This document shows positions 22,301-34,106 of a DNA stretch of 64,000 nucleotides, piece by piece; the first letter of the stretch is position 1, and every line of letters starts with the position of its first letter. Both the position numbers and the translations under genes were made by a program. The stretch spans positions 7,316,001-7,380,000 of the forward strand of contig CATNEN010000007.1 of the NCBI GenBank assembly GCA_950097015.1, read 5' to 3'. The notes beneath the pieces are model-generated. The model did not search any database. It was not told the origin of the DNA and saw only the letters and a program-made list of their open reading frames with translations. This stretch comes from Macrostomum hystrix. Its lineage: Eukaryota; Animalia; Platyhelminthes.

Positions 22301-24170
22301 CTTGAATGGAGGCCGCACTATTCATGTGCCATCTATAAACCAGATTCTGCAGGAAGAAAAAGGTGCAGCTTGTTCATTTGTGTACATGACAAAGTCTTTT
22401 ACAAGTCTTTTTTCAAGGCTTTTATAATTCTCAATAAAATTGGTAGGTGGTTTAGCCCATCTCTTTAGTAGTTATCATAGCTACTTGGATCCAAGTTGTC
22501 TTGATAACAAATAATTTTAAGGCTAATTCCGTGAGAAGACAGTTGTTGGGTTGGTGTACATAAGAATCAAATTTCATACCAAAGACAAACTAAACTGAGA
22601 CTTTGTATATTCTATATTGATGGGCATAACGTCTAGATTAAGATAAGATATAATTTAAAGTAATTAAATTTTTTATGTTGATGTAGTAGACATTTTGGAT
22701 GCCAGTTGTTTTTGGTGAAAGTTGACATATAATTATGTTTTTTAATGTAAGTTCAAGATTCTTGCTAATCAGGCAAGTTTTTGTCTTTAAAAATCATTTG
22801 TTGTAGGAAGCAATAGCTAGATAAACAGTAATAAACTAATTTTTCTTCTTAGTAGCTTGATTAAACTGTGCTACACATTTTTCTTAAATGGTGGTCATTG
22901 GACTGACAGTTGTTTGTTTAAAAAAATAAGCCATCATGTTTTAAAACAGTATCAGGAATCTCTCTATTTTAGATTAGATCTTGGTTATAATATTGTTCAT
23001 AAGTAATATTTGTAATCTCTTATTTCAGATCAAACCTACAATGGACCTTCAACAAAACATAAACACACCTCTTAAACTTGGTATAACAACAGTTCATTGA
23101 AAAAATCATGGTCACTTTTAACACTTTTAAAAGCAAAGCCCAAACTTTTCAAAGAAAAAGTTATGATAAAAAGAAATATATTACGTTATAAAACATTTTA
23201 ATTCCATTTTTTAGATATAAGAAAAAATATATGTTCATATTTATGGTCTATGAGTTATATTTAAGACTATTAGTTCCTTAATGAAAACTAGACTCACTTT
23301 TTAATAATGTCCCACGGAACATTGACATGATTGTAGGGGTACTATTGTAGGGGTAGGTTTAAACAAAAAGTATAAACCTTAAGGTAGGTAAATATATTTA
23401 AAACTACTTGAACATGAAACTATATATAATTATGTACAAATAAAAAGATTCACTTTTACAAATAATAAAAAAATAAATTCTATCCCATTGATGACCTCCT
23501 TCTCATGGAACTACCCATGATCGAAAAATGTTATGTGGATATAATTATTTTTTATAATATATGTTCCACTGCTTAATTTCTTTTTCCTATATTTAGATAA
23601 CAATTGGAAGTTGTGGGAGTTGTTCAATAATAGAAAGGATGCAATTTTACATCCATTTTATGTATCAATAGATACTCTATTTTAAAGTGAGCTCTCTCTA
23701 TGCTTCTTCAGTTTTTGCTTCTTTACTTGATTTGACATGCCCCAATTGTGTCTGATGTGTAGCCAACAGCAGAGCTTGACATCAATCTGGCAGTGCATCT
23801 GAAGGCGAAATGGCTATTTAGTCTATCAACTTAAATAAGTGCCACACCCATAGCACACCCTCAATTTTTCCCCAGCTAATGCTAGGATCTATTTATCTAT
23901 CTAAGACTTGCTAAATGACCCAACTGTTCCAGTGCAGTTAGGAATGGAACCTTTCTCCCCCAAGCAGCAGCAACTGTAGCCTAGTGTCTTATTCTCTAAA
24001 CACTTGGCTACGACCCCTTAGGAGGCTATTTTATATTCACAAAGACTGTTTATTCAATCGCTTCAGAGTGTAAAGCTTATGTAGAACCTAGTAGTAGGTC
24101 CAGCCGATCTGGTTAGACAACAACCAGCGCCACTTGATTGTTAACACGCTCTTGCTGCACCACTTGACTA

Positions 24171-24741
24171 GACACTGTTGGACAGCTATGAATCCTTTCT
24201 GTCGCAATTGCAGCCGTCAGCAGCTGCCATGTCAGCCGATAACAGCAATGACCAGCCAGCAGTTCAGGGCCACGGAGATGAACTGGAGGCGACTGATTTC
24301 ATGGAGAAAAATATCGCTGCTGCCGACGAGTCGTGTGAAGGCGAGGGCGAAAATGGCGAAGAGGGCGACGCCGTTGTTGATGCTACCGACGGATACAGCC
24401 GGGGCGTCGGCGCCTACGATGAAGAGGGTGAGAGCGACGCTGAAGAAGCGGAAGAGGCCGGTGAGGGCGACGAAGAAGGCGAGGACTACGGTGAGGAGCA
24501 GGAAGATGAAGAGAGCACAGCCAACAGTCGCAAGCGCCGAGCCATCCGCGCTGACGAGGACGACGAAGAGGAGGAGGTTGGAGACGACGATGATGAAGAG
24601 GAAGAGCTGGAGGACCAGGACGAGAGCTCCGGCGCCGCCTTGCCAGAGAAGCGGGCCCGCCGATCGCTGCCCGGCGACAGCAACAGCAACAGCCGGCAGT
24701 CGGCTGCCGATGCTGGCGGCGAAGTCAGCTCCTCGGCCTAA
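24171..24741 (+). CDS. Probable terminal exon encoding a highly acidic, low-complexity region with basic NLS-like patches
   Basis: In-frame TAG/acceptor (cttgactag) directly before TLLDSYESF. E/D-rich tract, SRKRR and EKRARR, GC-rich codons. No ATG at its start, so upstream exons are implied but not resolved. Confidence 0.6.
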
Positions 24742-25899
24742 TCATACTATTATCTGGACATGTTTATTTCGATACATATCGTCGCTTATTTCCTTAAGGT
24801 TTTCGGAAGTTCGTGTGTCAAATCAGCTGGGGTTAAAAAAGGATTACAGTTCTGAGAATCAGTTAAAATATCTTTGAGTAGTGAATGTCCCCAGTGTGGC
24901 TCGTTCCATGTCGAAGTTTTTGTTTTAATTGTAACTATCTGTATTCGCGCACCTTTTCTGCTTCTCAAAGCAGCGTATACAAATTTTGAGATCGTTCAGG
25001 TAAGTAAGTAGTATCCCAGACTTGTTGGCCAGTGATGACAGAAAATGTTGATGCTGTTGCTTCATTCGGTTTCATAAGGTCTGCTTTCTGATATTGTTGC
25101 TGTCTTGTCTCTCCTTCCCCCAAAATGCTTCTCTTCAGCCCGTGTCTCACATTCTGTTGTTTGGTTAATAAAATTTTGATATTATTTATCATTTTTTATC
25201 ACAGCCAATTTCATTTCATTTCTAAAACGCTTTGTATTTATTAATTTTTAAAAATAATCGTTGGTGCCCAGCAGCTCATTATTCAGTAGCTGCTGGGCAC
25301 TAAACTAGTTTTCGGCGAGTAGACCTTCACTAAATAATCTAATAGTTTCTATACCTGTTTGTTAATATTTGCCAACAATATTCCATGGTTGTGTTGTGTG
25401 TCAGTAGTAATAATTTACGAGCGTATTATCTTAGAATTTTTCAAAACTTAAATTATCTGTTAGGTTAGTCGGCATTTACACACTTTATGCAGTTACGTTT
25501 TACATCAACTATTTTTTAACAACTGAAATTGCAGTTTTAGGCCCCATGGATGCTATTGTCAGTAGTGCAGCTAGTGTGCGCGTGTCTTTATGGCTAGTTT
25601 AGCTAATCGATGTTTACGTTAAACGTTTTTTACAACGAAATCAGTTTAATCACTGTCTGTGTTCTAACTGTTCATTCTATGTTGTGTCGCACTGGCACTC
25701 CCGCTATGCGCTCTAATTACTGTCATTTTTATTTATTAATAAACAGCTAGTTTTATTTATTTATCTGTCTATTCCTTCACTTTACGACCCTGTATTCTCA
25801 GCTCATTCGGTAACTACATTTGTAAAATCGTTTGATTTCACACGAGTTTGTTTTTTGTAAATGGAATCGGTTGTTATACTTTCCAGGTGAGGTCATATC

Positions 25900-26295
25900 A
25901 ATCGGTCATGATCTAGTCATAAACTTCATCCCAATCGGTCATGATCTAGTCATAAACTTCATCCCAATCGGTCATGATCTAGCCATAAACTTCATCCCAA
26001 TCGGTCATGATCTAGTCATAAACTTCATCCCAATCGGTCATGATCTAGTCATGAACTTCATCCCAATCGGTCATGATCTAGTCATGAACTTCATCCCAAT
26101 CGGTCATGATCTAGCCATAAACTTCATCCCAATCGGTCATGATCTAGTCATGAACTTCATCCCAATCGGTCATGATCTAGTCATGAACTTCATCCCAATC
26201 GGTCATGATCTAGTCATGAACTTCATCCCAATCGGTCATGATCTAGTCATGAACTTCATCCCAATCGGTCATGATCTAGTCATGAACTTCATCCC
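25900..26295. repeat. 33-bp minisatellite, about 12 copies
   Basis: Unit atcggtcatgatctagtcatgaacttcatccca. Confidence 0.95.
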
Positions 26296-27057
26296 TTTTT
26301 TAATTAACGAGTCTAGTCTAGATTGCGCGTGGAAGCCTACAACTAATTCGCAAGGCATAAGTATATTTGCAGAATATCCTTCTGGCACTTAAACTGGAAG
26401 ATATTATATTTTAGAATCAGGTTGAACAGTTAAAGAAACGAAACACGAGGCAGTGAATGCACAATTATTGACTGTTATTGTTCACCGTGCAGAAAAAAAA
26501 TGAGGATCACAAAAGTGCGACAATCACTTTGTCATTTAGACAGCTCTTTGTTCGCGTTGGCACAGGACACTTGGTCGGCCTATTGTTCGACTAGAGAAAA
26601 ATCAGATTCCATTGTTAGATTTCAGTTTTTAGCTTTGGAAATCATATAAAATAATGAAAGCATATAGTGATTATAAAACAGATTAGCAGTCCTTCACCTG
26701 TTTCCAATCGGTGCAAATCAGTAGTTTTTACCTGTATGCGCTATTTACGTGACATATAAAATTGCTAAAGCTAGATTACTGCTGAGCCGACAAAGCAGTG
26801 CATTATTGCATCATCCGACCTGCAATTTCTTGTATTGCTGGCTGCACGGAGGACTATAGTCATGTTAATTAACAAATACCTTACTATCTAGACAGTAGAG
26901 ATCCACCAGGGTACGGAAGGTTGTTTAGTGCACCAAAATAGGCAGAAGTTAAATATTTGAAGCGATTCTGTCTGCTCTGTGGAAATGGTTATTTTTTACA
27001 TAATTAGTTTCAGCATTAAATGAACAGAATCATCAGAGCTCCTGGATATTCAAAGAG

Positions 27058-30000
27058 CTATCGGTTTTCGGTTTGAGGAGCGACAGATGCGCCACAGCTG
27101 ACTGCGGGGCGAGAGCGCTTCTGCTGCTGCTGCTGTTTGATCTCGCGCTCGTTGCGCCGGATGTGCGGGTTCGTCCTGGCGCTGATGGTGGCGAAGACGA
27201 ACGCCAAGCCGCACAGGACCCGAAGCACGGAGCGCAGCAGGTGCTGACTGACCCGGATGCCGGAGATGTTATACAGCAGGCAGCGGGCAAAGACGCCACC
27301 ACCGCCCATAGCGTCGCGGTGCAGGCAGAATGCGTCGATCATCGCGCCGAAGAGAATCGGCGACACAGTTGACGAGAAGCTAGCCGCGAAGGTGATGAAG
27401 CCGAAGCCGATGTCCTTGTCGCGGGCGCTGATGGAGCGGATGACGATCATGCAGGCGATGCTCTTGACCGCGCCGGCCAGCAGGTTCAGGCAGAAGAATA
27501 TGCTGTTGTAGGCGATCAGGCTGGCGCTGCAGGAGCTGCCGCCGTTGTCGCAGAAGTCGTCGAAGGCGAAGGCGGAAATTGAGCTGGCAGGCGACGCCGG
27601 GTCGCATGTGCAGCCTTCGTAGCCGGATGATGTGCCAGTCTGGAGAAAAGAAAACACGCTTTATGCTTCTTGTAGAGTCAGAGTTGCTTAATGTAAGTCA
27701 GTTGCTAGCCTAGTTTTGTTTATATTTTAAGCCTTGTTGTTCAGCTAGAGCTTTATAATTTTGTTCACGATATGGAAGTTTAATCTGATTCATAGTGCTT
27801 TAATTGGAGTTATTGTAGTCCAATTTGAGTCATAGTGTAGTTTAATTTGAGTCATTGTAGTTTAATTTGACTCATAGTGTAGTTTAATTTGAGTCATTGT
27901 AGTTTAATTTGAGTCATTGTAGTTTAATTTGAGTCATTGTAGTTTAATTCGAGTCATAGTAGTTTAATTTGAGTCATTGTAGTTTAATTTGAGTCAACGT
28001 TGTTAATAATTGATTGTTGTTTAATTGGGGTCATTTTAATTTAATTTGAGTCATGGTAGATTTTTGTCTGGCAATACGTTTACTTGAGTAAGATAATAAA
28101 AGTCGTAGTTGAGTCATTTGAGCCGCAGCATTATTAATTTACTCTGAGTCGCATGGCAGCAACGGCAGCAGCAGCACCCTATACGTGATTAAACCCGGAC
28201 AACTTGACAAGCATTTAGAGCACTAAGGATTTTTTTCCCAGGCACCTATTCTCCCCTTTTCCTTTGTGAACGGATTTTACTGAATTATTGGCCCCTCAAA
28301 GCCGCTTCTGCCCACTGTGCTAGAAAATAAAAGGTCGAAACAGAGCAGACCAACTGGCCCTCACTTTCTGCACCATTGCTTAAAAGTACACCGCTCCTGT
28401 GGCAGCAATCTATTTTCTGCTTATTTTCCTTCTCCTTGGTGAGCTTTCAATGCTCGGATTGACTTGTTAAGAAGAGCTACAAAGAGGTTTTCGAATCTGT
28501 CGTCATGCATAGAAAAGTCAGGCCTTAAAATAGCTCGTAGCAAGGATTGTTTGTTTAATGCCGAATGGTGATTCGCATCAGACTTGTTCGCAGTTGATAT
28601 ATAGCCATAAAGGCTGTTGACTCAGCGAGCCAAAATCTGATGCCTGCCTGCGGCCAAACACCTGCACAGGCGGGCATTTCGAAAGCATCTGGCCTGGGGA
28701 GGCTTTCACAACTCGCTCTAATCTGTCCTGCCGCGCCTAGTAACTCCTAATTCAATGCCTAGACATTGGCTGCCTGATATCTGAAGGCTAACCGAAGCTA
28801 ATTAAGTGTTTAGCGAGTCTAACTAACAGAGGATAGCGTAACTCAGTGAATGTGATTATGTCAAAGGTGTGTCATTGCGTAATATTTGATTACTCGGGGA
28901 TAGACCTCTTTGCTAAATGTGGTGAGCCTTTATGAACAAGTATTATATGAACAAAAATGCACTAAAATTTCAGTCAATCGTAACCTTTTCTGCCTTCGAT
29001 GTTTAGGGAAATAATGTCAAAATGATGCCGGTTTGGGAAATAATGCCTGTCAAAAAATAATGGCAGTGTTTACAAAACCATACCGGTTCGGAAAATGATG
29101 CCGGTTACGGGAAATGATGCCGGTTACGGGAAATGATGCTGGTTACGGGAAATGGTGCCGGTTACACGAAATGGTGCCGGTTACGGGAAATGATGCCGGT
29201 TACAGGAAATGATGCCGGTTACGGGAAATGATGCCGGTTACGGGAAATGGTGCCGGTTACACGAAATGGTGCCGGTTACGGGAAATGATGCCGGTTACAG
29301 GAAATGATGCCGGTTACGGGAAATGATGCCGGTTACGGGAAATGGTGCCGGTTACGGGAAATGATGCCGGTTACGGGAAATGATGCTGGTTACGGGAAAT
29401 GATGCCGGTTACGGGAAATGATGCCGGTTACGGGAAATGGTGCCGGTTACGGGAAATGATGCCGGTTACGGGAAATGATGCTGGTTACGGGAAATGATGC
29501 CGGTTACGGGAAATGATGCCGGTTACGGGAAATGGTGCCGGTTACGGGAAATGATGCCGGTTAAAAAATAATTACTCTTTGAAAAATGATGAAGTTTCGA
29601 AACATGAAAATTTCCTGTGAAACAGTGGAACTAAGGGAAAATAATGATAAAGTTGCACCATTTATAAAGCCATTAAGTGAAGATCTACTCAATTTACCGG
29701 CTGCCAATCTGCTATTAACTCACCGAGTTTGCACCTGTTAAGTTGGCCAGGAAGTTTGTGCAGCCGGCCAGGCAGGGCGACAGGTAGGTGATGTTGCCGG
29801 CGCACACCGGCCTGAACTGGCGCCTGTCGCAGTCGCAGGGTCGGCAGGCGGCGGGGCTGGGCGGGCGGGCGAAATGGGTATGCGAGCTGGCGACCTTTCA
29901 ATAGTTATTTGAAGATTTCTACTTCCTGTGCCTTGCGTCACAATGACCTTCACAAGGTACCATTGTTTTCGCATCTGAACCTTCAGGTTGTGTCTAAATC

Positions 30001-31977
30001 CTTCTTTCCTGAACCTTCAGGTTGCATCTAAAACATTATTCCCTGAACATCAGGTTGCATCTAAAACATTATTACCTGAACCTTCAGGTTGTATCTAAAT
30101 CATTATTCCCTGAACCTTCAGGTTGTATCTAAATCATTATTACCTGAACCTTCAGGTTGTATCTAAATCATTATTACCTGAACCTTCAGGTTGCATCTAA
30201 AACATTATTCCCTGAACATCAGGTTGCATCTAAAACATTATTCCCTGAACCTTCAGGTTGCATCTAAAACATTATTACCTGAACCTTCAGGTTGTATCTA
30301 AATCATTATTACCTGAACCTTCAGGTTGTATCTAAATCATTATTACCTGAACCTTCAGGTTGTATCTAAAACATTATTACCTGAACCTTCAGGTTGTATC
30401 TAAATCATTATTCCCTGAACCTTCAGGTTGAATTTAAATCCTTCTTCCGTGAACCTTCAGGTTATATCTAAAACATTTTCCCCTGAACATTAAGGTTGCA
30501 TCTTAAATAATTCCTCCCTGAGTCTTTGCTCAGTCAAGTCTGTGGCGAGTTGCGCAACTTGATTTTAAATCACGCGCAGCGCCCCGCAAATACCGAGCTG
30601 TTAAAGAAGGCTCAGGAGGCTTTACTCGGTTTGCTTTGCTCAGTGAGTCACGTGAAAGCGCTCACTCTCTTTAATTAGGCATTTAGCAACGTGTCCCAAC
30701 TGCGCAATTCCTAAGCGATCACAAACTGTGTAAATAAGAATTGGGCCCCCGGGTTGATTAAAAAAACCGAAGTTTTGGTGAGCAAACACGAGCAATTAGA
30801 TTGAAACAGTCAACACTTAACTAATTGTACTCGAAAGCGAAATCCGCTCAAATGGAAAGCTCTTCCCACGACGCATTGGTCATTGTCATTCATCCACTAC
30901 GGGATTTTTCGTCACAATTAATTAAAAACTTTATTTAAACCGACGTTCATCGATCATTGTTTTTCCCCGCTTCTTTGTTAATAATAATCTCTCTTCTCTG
31001 ATCTCTAATTTATAAACTCTTCGGATTTTTCCCTTAAATTACCTTAAATCCCACGCTTGCTCTCATCTTACTTTTTCTCAAATTGCAAGTTTCCGAAAAT
31101 CCCCCTGTACTAAAAAATCCCTCTGTACCAAAAGTCGCCCAGTACCAAAATCCCCTTGCACCAAAAATACCCATGTACCAAAATCCCCCTGTACCAAAAA
31201 TCCCCCTGTACCAAAAATCCCCCTGTACCAAAAATCCCCCTGTACCAAAATCCCCCCTGTACCAAAAATCCCCGTATCCGTTATCCCACTCATCCCATTC
31301 TGGGTATACCATCGTACTCCTCCCATCCCAATATAACTCTAATCCCAGCTCGCAGCGAGTACTCACCTGTCGTAGTTGACGAACTCCGGTGTTCGGCGGC
31401 AGTCTAGCGCGGCGCCGATGTTGCCGACGCAGCCAGCCAGCAGGCAGATGACGGTGGTGAGGGCCAGCAGCTTGCTGAGCGACAGCCGGGCCCGGTTCAT
31501 GAAGATGCCGCCGCCCAGAGTACCCAGCGCCGAGGACAGGCCCTCCACAATGCCCGCGTAGAGTCCGGCTTCTTCCTTGCTCACCCCGAAGCCGACCTGT
31601 CCGTGGCGGGATTAATTTAGTCTCCAAGCAAACAGAGGCGCACTGCAGCCCAGTGTCAAACCCATCGCACACAGCCGTACCTGATAGTACTTGGGCAGGA
31701 AGGCCAGGAATCCCATGAAGGCCAGGAACTCCAGCGCTGCGCCGATCAGCAGGGCCAGGAAGGTGGCGTTGCCCGCCAGGCGGCGCATGGTGGGTGCCAG
31801 GCCGGTCTTGACCAGGCTGGACGGATCCAGGCTCACCACGCTCGTCAGCAGCTCCTCCGCTGGTGTCGGACGATCGCCATTTGGTGCCGCCGCCGCCGCT
31901 GCCGCTGCTGTTGCTGCAGCAGTCGCATTTGGGCCAGTCTCATCCGTGATCTTTTGCTTGTCGGTTTTGTCTGTGTC

Positions 31978-32017
<40 letters not shown>

Positions 32018-32910
32018 GAAGGAGCGGAGGCTGAATCGTCGCAGAGCGCCCGACCGTCGGGTTCGTCAAGATCAGCCGCCGGCGGTAGCCGCTTCTTGGC
32101 TGGCAGCTCGATCTCCTCCTGCGTTGTCGCATCGTCCGGTGCCTGCAGCCGCCTCGGAAAGAAGAACATGGTCAGCGAGCAGCAGGCGGTCAGGACGGAT
32201 AGGCAGACGAAGCCCAGCCACCACGCACCGACGCCAGTGCGGCTGCCGGCGTTGCTGCCGCCCATAAGGTCCTCGGGCAGCATGGCCAGCTTGCCGCCGA
32301 TGATGTAACCGGGCACCGGGGCCACGAAGCGCAACGCCATCATCGCCGAGATGTACACGGGGGCGCGCACTTTGGAGACGTGGTCGTCGATGTAGGCGAG
32401 GCCTAGATTCCAGAACGGCGTGCTGCCGACGCCGACGAGGAAGGCACCGAGCACCAGCACAAAGTAGGCGACGGCGGACTGGCCGCTCAGCGGTCTGGCA
32501 TCCGGGCCAGCAACAGCGGGGGCTGCTGCCACGGCGGTGGTCGAGTTGCAGAGCAGGCCAGTCGGCTGGCCGCTCGACGAAGCATCACCTGCGGTCGGGC
32601 TGGCGCCAGCAGGCAGTGGGCCGAAGATATAGTACGGACTGCTCATGATGAGGATGCCGAGTGACAGCAGGAGGCCCAGGGCGCCGAGGGTTCGCGGCCG
32701 GTGGGCCTGTCTACCGTAGAAGCTGACGGGCAGGACGCCCAGCAGGTAGCCAAAGTCGCTGGAGCCCTGCAGCAGGCCGGATAGCTTGCTGGGCAGGTTA
32801 AAGCGCTGCTCCAAGGTGGTCAGCATGGAGATCAGGTAGGTGTCGAAGCTGCCATAGACCAGTGCGAAGATGCCCAAGCACAGGGTGTAGGCGTTGATGT
32901 TGCAGCGCAT
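27058..32910 (-). CDS. Organic anion transporting polypeptide (OATP/SLCO family), 4 exons
   Basis: Exons 32910-31681, 31596-31367, 29856-29724 and 27639-27058 with consistent phases 0/2/0. Motifs LTTLEQRFNLPS..SG, SFYG...HRPR, LGLAYIDD, VGAWWLGF, FFFPRRL, FLPKY, Kazal-like CDC..QFRPVCAGNITYLSPCLAGC, PILFGAMIDAFCL, CLLYN. The true start may lie further upstream. Confidence 0.92.
27810..27995. repeat. 20-bp minisatellite in OATP intron 3
   Basis: Unit tgtagtttaatttgagtcat. Confidence 0.9.
29095..29562. repeat. 19-bp minisatellite in OATP intron 3, about 24 copies
   Basis: Unit gccggttacgggaaatgat. Confidence 0.95.
29975..30500. repeat. 34-bp minisatellite in OATP intron 2, about 15 copies
   Basis: Unit ctgaaccttcaggttgtatctaaatcattattac, containing the inverted repeat cctgaa-cc-ttcagg. 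Confidence 0.95.
31095..31275. repeat. About 18-bp minisatellite in OATP intron 2
   Basis: Unit ccccctgtaccaaaaat with length variation. Confidence 0.9.
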
Positions 32911-34106
32911 TCTCGATTCCTGCGCTGTTTCCCGCTCTCTCGTTTCTGCCTAGCTTAGAATCAGCAAGCTGGCCCTCCTGTATCACCTGCCCGCGCTTGC
33001 CTGGAAGGAGGTGGGCGGTCAACCTGGCGTGAAGTTGCGTAACCTGAAGGCCAGGAGCGGTGCAGGGGAGTCAGGGTTTAAGGCTTCGCTCGATGCGTTC
33101 AGTCGGCGGTGGGGTTGCTGCAGTGCGCACTGCCGGTTTGGGGTTGGCGCGCGATGGTCCCGGCCCAATGCGCTCTCGTGTGCCAGTGCTGTGCCAGTGC
33201 TGTGCCAGTGCTGTGTGTGCGTTTTAGAGACTCAGAGACGCGACCTCCAGTCTCTTCTACCGTGGCAGAAATCGTTGGCAAACATGCGCTGTCTCTCCCG
33301 TTCCCCCTACCGTGCGTGTGCCAACCACCCCGCCTCCTGCTGTCCCTCCGCTCTGCTTCTCATTGTCAGCTGGGGGAGTGGGGTGGTTGCCGGCTGGGAA
33401 TGAGTTTCTGCTCCTCCTCAACTAGTTCTGTCACAGCGCGCTTGCTGCGGGCCACGACTGTAACTTTGGCTCTCTGCCACTCTCGCACATAAAACAGCAT
33501 TTACTGCATGCCAGAGGAAAATTATTTCTATACATATCGTCTGCCACCCCCAGTCCCATTGAAGCAACTATTGAAACTACGGAAGTGCTCAATTAAGTTT
33601 TGGTTTCTCTTCCTACTTCAAGTGTTAACTCTGTTAACTCGCCCAGACTCAATCAGTCTGGAGTGGTGCATTGTGAGCTACTAAAATCATTGCTAGAGAG
33701 GGTTTTCTGGTGTAGGTCTAGTGACCAATTCAGGTTAATGGTGTGAGCGATGTTTATATATGTAGCTAATGCTGTTGGAAAAAAGGTTTTGCTTTGAACT
33801 CAATTGCCGAACGCTTTAGTGTGCTCTGCTAAACAAGTTTAATGTTCTATTTTTATGCAGTAAAACATTTCTCATTTTATTGACTAGAGTTTCTTTTTTG
33901 ATTGTAATTTGCTTCTGATTAGAGAATGTTCACGAAATTAATTTCACTTCGGAGTTGAAATTTCGAATTGCAACCATTGCATATTTTTTATATGCGCTTA
34001 ATGAAGCTGAAATATTTTATTTACACTTTCAGGAAATATTTCGTTCATTAAACTGTTGAGTAGTGGTTTAGCACCTGAGCACACTACTTAAAAGTAGTGT
34101 GTATTG

